A stretch of DNA of 64,000 nucleotides from an uncultured delta proteobacterium. Its GTDB lineage: Bacteria > Desulfobacterota > Binatia > JACPRU01. The translations under genes and the position numbers were made by a program. Shown piece after piece: positions 44,950 through 54,019 of this stretch. The stretch is from positions 800,001 through 864,000 of the forward strand of contig CAVUWD010000016.1 in assembly GCA_963745025.1 (NCBI GenBank). Reading direction: 5' to 3'. A model generated the notes under the pieces. The model saw only the letters and a program-made list of their open reading frames with translations, searched no databases and had not been told where the DNA came from. The first letter of the stretch is position 1; every line of letters starts with the position of its first letter.

Positions 44950-45803
44950 TCGCTTTGACGGCTATCCTCGTCCACGCACGCCGCCGTCTTCGCTAGGACT
45001 GGCGGTAAGCGATAGGCATTGCAGGTCACCAACGTCCCTAAACGTAGCTTGGTGGTGACTGCAGACAACGCGGGCATCAGTGCCCAAACATCAAAGCAAT
45101 TCCGTCGCTCCGATTGAGCGTCCCACAACAAATGATCCGACGCCCACAGCGCGGTGAAGCCCAAACGCTCCGCTTCCTTGGCGAGGTGACCCCATAGCGT
45201 CGCTGCGGTAGAAAGGCGCCTCCTCGTTGACGAATGCCACGAAGCGCAGCGTACGTGCCGGATTCGCCTCCTTGAGCAGGCGTGCGAGCTCGAGCATGGC
45301 TGCGACCTCCGAGCCGTTGTCGTTCGCTCCGCGACGCTTCTGACCACGGGCGTGGAGAAGAGCCAGATCGCCTCCGGCGGCCGGAGCGTCGGCATTTCGC
45401 AGTAGTACGTGTTCAACAACACCAGCCCTTCCACGCGCTCGGGGTGGGCCAGTGCTCAGTCGATGGCCGGCGGGCCCGAGGCGTCGTGCGCGACGAGGAC
45501 GACCGGCCCGAGCTTCAGTTGTGTGATGACGGCGTCGAGGTCGCCGACTTGATTGTCGGTGGTGTAAGGGTAACCGGGCGGTTTATCCGAATTGCCCCAC
45601 CCCAGAAAATCAAATGCCACGACCCGGCGCGGCGGCGAGAGGTGGGCGAGCAGACGATCGTAGAGGTGCAAGTTGTCCGGGAACCCGTGCATCACAACGA
45701 TCGTCGGCTCCGCCCCCGGGTAGTCTCGAACGTAGATCCGGTGTTGGTCCCGCCGTACAAAAGTCTCTTCGTAGACCATCGTTCCCTTTGGAAGGAAAGT
45801 CAC
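44950..45803 (-). pseudogene. chimera of alpha/beta-hydrolase, M28 peptidase and LLM oxidoreductase fragments
   Basis: MHGFPDN..AHDASGP; AMLELARLL..LRFVAFVNEEAPF; AERLGFTALWASDH..LRLGTLVTC..PPVLAK. Confidence 0.75.
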
Positions 45804-45957
45804 CGAACTATTGATCGAGCTGCGGGGGTCAAGCGGCGCTGCGATGGAGTCCGCATGCTCTCTGCCCCGTCCCTTGGATCCACGCTAGTGATCCAGTACA
45901 TCAATCGCCCAGCGGCTTCTCTTCGTCGTGCGAGCGTTCGCGGGCACGATGTGCGAT

Positions 45958-46500
45958 TCACAACCCGAGTTCCTTCGCCACCTGCTCGGCGCGGATCGGC
46001 GCGCCGATCTCCGTGAAGAGGCGATGCGCCTCGCGGAGCTCGCGCTGGCGGGTGGCGTCATCGCCGCTCAGCCGCGCGAGCTCGGCACGCTCGACGTGAA
46101 GGAACGGCTCGTAGCTCTTCGCGCCAGACATCTCGAGCCAGGCGTCGGCTTCGGCGAGCGCGACCTCGATCTCTCTCGTCGCCTGAAGGCCCTGGATCTC
46201 ACGGAGAGCGCGGATCCGGGTGAGCAGAGCCGAGAATTCCCAGAGTCGGGAGCCGAGCCGGCGGCCGACGGCGGTCGCTTCCGCTGCGAGAGCCAGGGCC
46301 CTTTCGCGATCGCCGAGACCGAGCTGCGCTGCCGCCATTCGTTCGTCTCGGGCGGCGCTCACGGTCTCAGCGCGGAAGTGGCGGCGACGTTCACCCACGC
46401 GGTCGCGGCGGTGCTGGTGGCAAATGTACTCGAGGATCCCGAGCGGCAGATGGTCGAGGCGATCTGCAAGGCGCGGCGCGAAGGCCGATGTCTCCAGCCG
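45958..46500 (-). pseudogene. cyclase/ATPase/TPR protein C-terminal fragment
   Basis: SYEPFLHVERAELARLSGDDATRQRELREAHRLFTEIGAPIRAEQVAKELGL*. Confidence 0.7.
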
Positions 46501-46555
46501 CTCAATCCATCTATCCCCCCACAACGCCTGCCGATCGGCGTATAGTGAGGAAATC

Positions 46556-47416
46556 ATGCGCCAGGTATTGGCACTGGCTCTCATCTGCGTAGTGGTCACG
46601 GTCGCTACGGATGCGATCTCCCGCAGCAGTCTATCGCGCGCTCTATGGCCTCTGGTGGAGGCTCCGGCAGATGGCGCGGTCGTGGCCCTCCCTCTGACGA
46701 TTCGTTGGGAGGGGCCGCAGTAGCTGTACGTCACATTGATCGGTCGTGACGGCCGCGAAGATCTCGGGCTCAGGCAAAATCCGACCGAGATCGGCGTCGA
46801 GCATTTTCCGCGACCCGGTCAGTATCGGATCGAGCTGCGCTCGCCGTTCTTGGGACGATGGAGCGCCACGGAGCGGCGCTTTCTTGTGCCTTCATCTGCA
46901 ATGTCGCCTAACCTGCCGGCAACGAAGGAGGCGGTGGACAACCAGAACCAGCAAATCGAGGATCGGATTTCGGCCGCAAATCAGTCGCGGCGCCAGCAGG
47001 ACATCACAAACTCGGAGAATGCCGCCCTGTACGAAGAGAACGCCAATCTACGGGAAGAAAGCGCCAATTTGCGAGAGGAGAACCGCAACCTTGCCACGAG
47101 CCTCCAAGACTTGCGGAACCTTCAAACGCAAACAATCGCTCGGCTCGACGCGATCGAAGCGCAGCACAGCGAGCTGGAGCGCCAGTACCGCGAAGCGCTG
47201 GAGGAAAACCAGTCGCTCCGCGCCCGCATCGCAAGCATCCCCGATTGCACCACCTGGGGGTATGTGTCGTATCAGCGCGGCGTCCGGTTCGTGATGCTGG
47301 TCAGCGACAGCCGCGGTGGGGTCTTTCACGACCAGCTTCAATGCGAGGCGACCCGGCGCGTTGATCTGACCGCCGCCTCGCAGTGTATCTGTGTCGGCAG
47401 CCCATGGCAGCGCTGA
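46556..47416 (+). pseudogene. exported coiled-coil hypothetical protein with in-frame TAG at 46721
   Basis: Signal peptide MRQVLALALICVVV; the frame continues after TAG; (L)REENxxL heptads; Cys-rich tail. Confidence 0.5.
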
Positions 47417-47742
47417 TGTCAGGGAACCGGGGTATTCCCGGAGGTTCTGATCCAACTGGAATTCGTGATCAGGTGTCCACGTCTGATGCGACGCTCACCA
47501 CGCTGATTATGGGAAAGCAAAAAAGGCGTCGAACGCCTCGGGCCGGAGGGGGCTCCCCATCCCGGCTCCAAACCCGGAGCCTTCCGTACGCGAGCTCACG
47601 GCCCTAGACGACGAGATAATGCCGAATCAGTCATCCCCTCACCCAGCCAAAAGAGCGTGGCGAGCAGAAAGTACGTGGCGGCCGCCAAAACGCGTGCAAC
47701 CCCAAGGAAGAGGGTCTGTTGGGAAGCAGTAGGAGGTGCGCC

Positions 47743-47907
47743 ATGACTCTCCAGGAACAGCAAAACGTCCAGTACAAGTGCCTGTTCTGTAAGGGAAAGT
47801 TCGGGAGCGCACAGGACCTGCGCGAGCACCCGTGCCAGGCGCGCCAGGGCGCGATGTCGGGACAGCGGCTGCAGAAGAAGGCGCCGCGTCGCGAGCAGAA
47901 GCACTGA
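47743..47907 (+). CDS. 54-aa putative zinc-finger microprotein
   Basis: AGGAGG RBS; YKCLFCKGKFGSAQDLREHPC. Confidence 0.55.
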   Translation: MTLQEQQNVQYKCLFCKGKFGSAQDLREHPCQARQGAMSGQRLQKKAPRREQKH

Positions 47908-48224
47908 GCCATCGGATTCAGCCGACGGAGTGGGCGAGCTCGGAGCTCAACGCATCGACCTCCCCAATGCGCTCGATCGCCACAGCGGCTCCCATGCTCG
48001 CTCCGATCACGGTGGCTCGAAAAGCGCCGAGCACCCGCACGGCGCTTTTCGCGGCCGCCAACACCGCGAAGGCTCTCGTCTGCGGTGATCGTGACGATCT
48101 CCCGTTCGACCGCAGCCAGCTGCTCCCGCGTGCAGGATCTGGTCGGCGAAGATCGGCATGAGGATTGCTCGAGGGTGCTCGGCGTGGCTATGGTCGAGCC
48201 TCCCAACGGACGGAGGAGGTCTAG

Positions 48225-48598
48225 ATGATCGGATACGTGACGCTCGGAACCAACGACCTCGCAGCGCGCGGCCAAGTTCTACGACGCGCTGCTCGCGCGA
48301 GCTCGGCGCCAAGCGCGCGATGGAGACTCGAGACCTTCATCGCCTGGGGCATCGGCGCCGAGCACGCCGATGGTCTCGGTGATCAAGCCGTTCGACGGCA
48401 AGCCCGCGACGGTCGGCAACGGCGTGATGGTCGCGCTCGCGGCGAGTCAGCAAGGCGCAGGTCGACGCGATCCACACGAAGGCGCTCGCGCTCGGCGGCA
48501 AGGACGAGGGCGCGCCCGGCCCGCGCGGCGACGGCTTCTACGCCGGCTACTTCCGCGACCTCGACGGCAACAAGCTGAACGCGTTCTTCATGGGCTAG
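48225..48598 (+). CDS. VOC/glyoxalase-family protein (frameshifted)
   Basis: MIGYVTLGTNDL, KPFDGKPATVGNGVMVAL, FYAGYFRDLDGNKLNAF. Confidence 0.8.
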
Positions 48599-48820
48599 CG
48601 CGCCGACGAGAAGCAGCCTCTGGAGTCGCTGTTCGCTCCACCATTGTTTTGCCGGCGATCGGGGTCATTTCCAGACGGGCGCGAGGTGTTGGGGATAGCG
48701 AAAGCTCGGCGCAGGCGCGATGTCACTAAAGAGGCCAGCTCTCTTGCTGAGCACGTTCAGGCCCGAATTTCGCCTTCTTCTCCATGTAAGGAGTACTTCC
48801 AGCCATCCGGAGTGTGACTC

Positions 48821-50017
48821 ATGAACACGAAACCGTTCGTATTCAACCTGTCCGGCGTCGTCTTCCTCCTCTGCCTAGCCGCGGCCACGCGCAGCGAGCG
48901 GGCGGAGGCCGAGTCGAAGGTCATGCCTGTCAGGATCGGCGCCGTCTACAACCTCTCCGGCGCCCAGGCTTCGCTGGGACAGCCGTCGCTCAACGGGGCG
49001 ATCCTTGCCGTGGAGCAGCTCAACGCTCGCGGCGGGCTGCTCGGCCGCCGCGTCGAGCTGGTCTCCGTCGACGGCCGGACAGATCCCGCGCTGATCGCCG
49101 AAGAGACCAAGCAACTCGTCCACAGCCCCGGGATGTCGGCGATAACCGGCCTCAGCGACACGAACCTGGTCCTCGCGGCCGCGCCCGTCGCCGAGAAGGC
49201 CCGCATGGTCTTTCTCACCTCGGGGGCGACCTCGCCGCGGGTGACGCTCGAGTTTCCGAACTACTACTTCATGGCCTGCTTCGGGGACAATACGCAGGCG
49301 GCCGCTGGCGCCGAGTACGCCTACTCGGTGCTCGGCGCGAAGACGGCCTACCTGCTCTTCGACGACACGACGGACTACACGGTCCTGCTGGCCGGCTACT
49401 TCAAAGATCGCTATCTGCAGCTCGGCGGCCAGATCGTCGGCGAGGATACGTACACTGGCGGGGCGGCGGACTTCTCCGCGCAGATCGCGAAGATCAAGGC
49501 GCTCGAGACGCCGCCCGACATGCTGTACGTCTCGTCGGGCCCAGACGAGATCGGCACCCTCGTTAAACAGCTCCGCGACGCAGGGGTCGGCGAGCCTGTC
49601 TTCGGCGGCGACGGCTACGACACGCCTCTGCTTCTGAAGATCGCCGGCGAGGCGGCGAACGGTGTCTACTTCACGACCCACGCCCTCTTCGACCCGACGC
49701 AGGCGACTCCGCTAGCAAAGCAGTTCATCGATGGGTATCAGGCGCGGTTCGGCACGCCGCCCGAGAGCTCCTTTGCGGGCCTTGGCTACGACGCGCTCAA
49801 TCTGGTGGCCGCCGCGATCGACCGCGCGGGCTCGGCGAAGCAGAAGGTGATCCGCGGCGCGCTCGAGGCGACGCGGGACTTTGCGGGCGTCACCGGCACC
49901 ATCAGCTTCGCACCGGGTCTTCACATTCCCGAGAAGCAGGTGACGATCGTCCACATCACAGGCGGCGCGCTGACGCTTGCGGCGATACTAGCTCCGCAGG
50001 AGGTGCCGGCGCCCTGA
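48821..50017 (+). CDS. branched-chain amino acid-type ABC substrate-binding protein (no permeases adjacent)
   Basis: Signal peptide, IGAVYNLSG, NARGGLLGRRVELV, DFSAQIAKIK, LGYDA, FAGVTGTISF. Confidence 0.88.
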   Translation: MNTKPFVFNLSGVVFLLCLAAATRSERAEAESKVMPVRIGAVYNLSGAQASLGQPSLNGAILAVEQLNARGGLLGRRVELVSVDGRTDPALIAEETKQLVHSPGMSAITGLSDTNLVLAAAPVAEKARMVFLTSGATSPRVTLEFPNYYFMACFGDNTQAAAGAEYAYSVLGAKTAYLLFDDTTDYTVLLAGYFKDRYLQLGGQIVGEDTYTGGAADFSAQIAKIKALETPPDMLYVSSGPDEIGTLVKQLRDAGVGEPVFGGDGYDTPLLLKIAGEAANGVYFTTHALFDPTQATPLAKQFIDGYQARFGTPPESSFAGLGYDALNLVAAAIDRAGSAKQKVIRGALEATRDFAGVTGTISFAPGLHIPEKQVTIVHITGGALTLAAILAPQEVPAP

Positions 50018-50414
50018 GCTCGGCGTCAACGAGCGAGATCTGTCCGTCGACGATCCAGCCATCTGGCGGTCGCCGTCATCCCTGAGACGCTAGGCGACCG
50101 CCCCCGACACCCACGCCAAGGTGATGTAGAAGAGCTTCATTCCTCGAAACCGTGCCGTCCTTCCATTGCCAACGATGGCGGCAATCGGCGATTGCTCGAA
50201 AATGGCACCGGGCACAGTCGGCCCATTCTTCAAATTCGGTCAGGTTATGCGGCGCAATAACTCTGATCAAAACGGTAGGAGGAATTCCGATCGTACATCC
50301 TTCGGAAGCTGGGCCGGGCGCAGAGCGCGAGCTTCTTGGGTCACGTCGACGTGGTCCTCTCGCTCGCGGCGACGCGTGAGGCGTCTGAGGGCCCGGGTGA
50401 CTGGTCGACACGTT

Positions 50415-50563
50415 CGAGAGCATCGAAGCGGCGATATTCGAGGCCGCGCTTCGAGATGAGCCACGTGCTGCCGCCGCTTACGTAGGCCAAGGCGCCGAAG
50501 CCGTCGTATTTCAGCTAGAACAGCCATCGTGGGTGGTCGAACGGCTGGCGGAATCGCGCGAGC
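50415..50563 (-). pseudogene. ATP-dependent DNA ligase N-terminal stub with internal stop
   Basis: QPFDHPRWLF*LKYDGF (motif I ExKYDG). Confidence 0.6.
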
Positions 50564-50777
50564 TGCAAGAAATCCAAGGATACCTCAACGGGATGCTTCT
50601 CAACCGTGAAGTGGGGCAGCGACCTCAAAGCCCGTCGCCTGTTCAACCAAGTAGACCTGTTGGCCGCGACACATCTGGTTCGCCGGAAAGCCAACGGCCG
50701 TCGGTGCTGCGGAATCTCCGCGGTGCGGATCGTGTTCGGTGCCGGGATTGTGCTTTTGCGCCGAGCAAGGAGGTATC

Positions 50778-50942
50778 ATGACACACAGCCGTATAGGTGA
50801 CTTTGTTTTTGCTCGCGCTGATGTGGTTGATGAGCTTCACGCAGAGGGTAAAGATGACGCGGAGATCGCGCGGACACTGAGCATAGATGCGGACCAAGTT
50901 TTGCTGATTCGTACGCGACACCGCGTAGACGATCTCGATTGA
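50778..50942 (+). CDS. small hypothetical (HTH-like) protein
   Basis: AGGAGG RBS; ELHAEGKDDAEIARTLSI. Confidence 0.45.
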   Translation: MTHSRIGDFVFARADVVDELHAEGKDDAEIARTLSIDADQVLLIRTRHRVDDLD

Positions 50943-50977
50943 AGGAGCGCCAACCGACGGCCGCGCGTCACTTCATC

Positions 50978-51665
50978 TAGTCCTGAAATAAGCGCCAAGG
51001 AAATCGCTTGGTAGCGATTGGGGCTATTGGCGCGCACGCGACCGTCTGTGGACGGTGATTCATAGAGGTTTGCCTCGGTGCGTGTAGCGAATCTGACGTC
51101 GAAGTGCACTGAGCAAGGTTCGGCGGTTTTCTTCGGACGAGCGTCATCATCCGGTCGTGGTCGTCGCGGCCGGCGAGGAGGCTGGGAAGGCGCTCCGGAG
51201 CTCGCCCTACACTTGTAGCCGCGCGTGCGCGGTACGGATCTCGGGCAGGTAGCGATGCGAGCCAGCAAGCCGCACCATCAGCCGCCGCCCCTTCTTCAAC
51301 ACCTTGGCCGCGACGTAAACGAAGTGGCGGCGGAATCGCTTCCACTCCCAGCGCACGACCTCCGAGGGGAGCGCGAGCTGGGCGATCCACTTCCCGAGGT
51401 TCCAAGCCAGCCGAGCGATTTGCAGCCAGGCCGAGTTGCCCTGAAACTCCGCCACCGGCATGCGCCATCCGGCGATCCCCTTGCCAAATTGCTCGATGGT
51501 GTTTTCCTGATCGCACCGCTGGTAGGTCACGTCGACGATCTCGTGCGCCGTGTAGGAGCGCGGCAGGTTGCTCAGCACCAGCCGGTAGCGGAAGTACTCG
51601 AACAGCGCCCCCTGGCCGTCTTTCTCCTCGATGCGGATGCGCCGCACGATCATCCGACAGGGGGA
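50978..51665 (-). mobile_element. IS1380-family remnant (transposase C-terminus and right end)
   Basis: YRLVLSNL..YQRCDQENTIEQ..FQGNSAWLQIARLAWNL..FRRHFVYVAAKV. Confidence 0.75.
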
Positions 51666-51994
51666 GTCGAGCCCCTGAGGCTGGTCACTGCTGTCCAAAT
51701 TAGCTCTGAAACGGTCCCCAGGGCTCGCATAAACTCTTGAAATCATGAGTCTTCGCTGGTGTCGTCTCCGTCCAGGTCTCCCGGGCGTTTTGCTGCTGTC
51801 CAAAATGCCAACGATAGGCATGTCGTTTGCCCGGGTCCCTGAGCCGCCTTCGGAAAACGGCCCCAGAAGCGCCTTGCGGCTGAAAAATGTGCGGAATCCC
51901 GAGGTTGGCGCTGGAGTCGGTCTCGATCGCGTCGATCTCCAGAAAGCTATCTTGGACAAGAGTGGGTGTGGCCTGGAGCTCATACAGGAACCAG

Positions 51995-52843
51995 CTAAAT
52001 ACGACCGAGAAAAGCCATCATTGCATTCAGCACCGGTGTCTGACCTTGGTCCTGGAGATGCAGAAGATGACCAACTCCGTCGATCGGGGCGAATTGCACA
52101 TTGCTGAAATTCTGTCGCAGCCAGGAAATTTCATCATCTGTCATGACCGCGCCGAGCTTGGGTTCCCCTCGTAGGAACAGGACAGGACAATCGATCTTCG
52201 CCAAGATCTGTTTGTAGTCATACCCCTTAGTGAAGCTCTCGAAATCGTGTAGCAGCACAGTAAAGAAGGTGGGATCGAGCTGCCACAGACAGCCGGCGAA
52301 GAATAAGATCCATCCGCTGGTTATGCCGGAATAATCTTTGTATGCTTCGGCCAGTGCCAGGGAGAGTGCTTGTTCTGATTGCGCCGATTGCCTCAGGCGC
52401 AGCCAGAGACCGAACATGTCCCGGCTCGAATCGATGATTCTCTTGTAGTTCTCCAGGGTCAAAGGCGAATCCTCGATGATGAGGGCTTTCGATTTGTCCG
52501 GGCATCGCGCAGCTACCATGAGCGCAATGACGCCGCCGATCGAGTGTCCCACGAGCACCGCTGGCGCGTGCAACCGGCTTACGAATTCCGCGTCGTCCTC
52601 TACGAAATCCTCGAGCCGATACTTCCCCGGCACCCATCCTGATCGGCCATTTCCCCGCAAATCCAATGCATAGACGCGCCAGCGTTGTCCCAAGCTCGGA
52701 ATGAGAGACAGATATTCTTGCCAGCGCCAAGCGCCACCATGCAGCATGACCAATGGTTTGCCCGAGGTAGAGCCGTGGTCCAGATAATTCAGCTTCACCG
52801 CCTTCGCGGTGAAAATTCTTTCCCGTGGCATGTGCGTCGCCAT
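51995..52843 (-). CDS. alpha/beta-fold hydrolase
   Basis: LVMLHGG, DLRGNGRS, GHSIGG, GVGHLLH; lower GC than host genes. Confidence 0.85.
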   Translation of the reverse strand: MATHMPRERIFTAKAVKLNYLDHGSTSGKPLVMLHGGAWRWQEYLSLIPSLGQRWRVYALDLRGNGRSGWVPGKYRLEDFVEDDAEFVSRLHAPAVLVGHSIGGVIALMVAARCPDKSKALIIEDSPLTLENYKRIIDSSRDMFGLWLRLRQSAQSEQALSLALAEAYKDYSGITSGWILFFAGCLWQLDPTFFTVLLHDFESFTKGYDYKQILAKIDCPVLFLRGEPKLGAVMTDDEISWLRQNFSNVQFAPIDGVGHLLHLQDQGQTPVLNAMMAFLGRI

Positions 52844-52948
52844 GGCTATCAACTCTGCCGCACGGAATAGCTAGTACAACTGATTCGCACAACGGGAATC
52901 GGTCGAGGTCCGATATGTTTCGGAAGTCGTTTTAATCTCAACTGCCGC

Positions 52949-53030
52949 CCGTAGAAACGGGGGCGTCTCGTGTTTGGGCAGCGTCGGATATTGAGGCTTT
53001 AAGTTAACTCCGCCGCTTATCCCTGCTAAC
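52949..53030 (-). repeat. 80-bp island repeat, copy 7
   Basis: CCGTAGAAACGGGGGCGTCTCGTGTTTGGGCAGCGTCGGATATTGAGGCTTTAAGTTAACTCCGCCGCTTATCCCTGCTA. Confidence 0.92.
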
Positions 53031-53135
53031 GCGGACCTTCGGCCGCAACCAAGGCGGGCTGGCGCCCGCGGGTGGTGCGCTTGATGTGAGCGGAGTGCTT
53101 CCACCGAGGTCGCCGGCTGGGCTTTCATGCCGGCC

Positions 53136-53955
53136 ATGGAAACGTTCGCCGCCAAGCACGCAGCCAAGATCCGGGGCATGCTGTCTTGCTTCGATCGGAT
53201 GCTTTTTCGCGGATACCTGCCGCTGATGAGCGGCTTCGCGATGGCCGACTTCCTGAGGAGCAAACAGGTCGACCGCTGGAAGCTCAAACCCTTCCTGCTC
53301 GAGCAGGCGGAACGGATCAAGAAGCACGCTGGCGTGATGGCCTCGGCAGCGGGGCGGCCCTACCAGTACCTGAGCGAGCCAACGAGAAAGGAGATCTGGC
53401 TCGAAAGATCGCCGAGCGAGACGGCGTCCGCGAGGGATTCGTCTGCGTGTTTTCGGTCGTCGAGCCGTGTCGGACGTTCTCGCTGGCGTGGAAGGAGAAC
53501 AAGACGTGGATCCACCCGGCCAAGCGCAAGTGCCTGCAGCTCTACTACTACTTCATGGACCGCCAGCTCGGGCTCATCCACGTCAAGGTCCAGACCTGGT
53601 TCCCGTTTCCCATCCAGGTCTATGTGAATGGCCACGAGTGGCTCGCGCGCCGACTCGACCGCCACGGGCTGAAGTACCGCAAGGCCGATAACGCCTTTGT
53701 GCATGTCGACGACCCGGTGCGCGCCCAGAGGCTGGCCGACGGATTCGCCAGTGTCGACTGGGTGCGCGTCCTGGGCCGCTACGCCCGAGAGGTCAATCCA
53801 CTCCTGCGCGGCCTGCTCTCGCCCATGCAGTACTACTGGGTCACGTCGCAGGCCGAGTACTCGACCGACGTCCTGTTCCGCAGCCGAGCCGACCTCGAGG
53901 AGCTGATGCCCCGGCTCCTGCAGTACTCGACCCTCTACTTCGAGGCACGTGATTT
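53136..53955 (+). pseudogene. uncharacterised mobile-element protein (possibly rolling-circle Rep-like), frameshifted and 3'-truncated
   Basis: GMLSCFDRMLFRG, VEPCRTF, KCLQLYYYFMD..LG..HVKVQTWFPF.IQVYVNGHEWLA, DNAF, QAEYSTDVLF. Confidence 0.6.
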
Positions 53956-54019
53956 GGTGACCTGTCGTTGCCGCCATAGTTGTGCCCCCATTGGACGTTC
54001 TCGCAACGCACCGCTTTTC

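Noticed and set aside
46721-46723. In-frame TAG as pyrrolysine or stop-codon recoding
   Set aside because: TAG terminates normal genes here (e.g. gap, pgk, tpiA) and no pyl genes are visible; a point mutation or error is more likely.
47020-47100. Short tandem repeats (GAAGAGAACGCCAAT-like) as a DNA repeat element
   Set aside because: They encode coiled-coil heptads (LREENxx) within an ORF.
25898-53030. 80-bp repeats as a CRISPR array
   Set aside because: The units are too long, are kilobases apart and occur in both orientations; no cas genes were recognised.
25898-53030. 80-bp repeats as integron attC sites or a classical MITE
   Set aside because: There are no RYYYAAC/GTTRRRY ends, no end-to-end palindrome, no intI, no terminal inverted repeats and no consistent target duplication.
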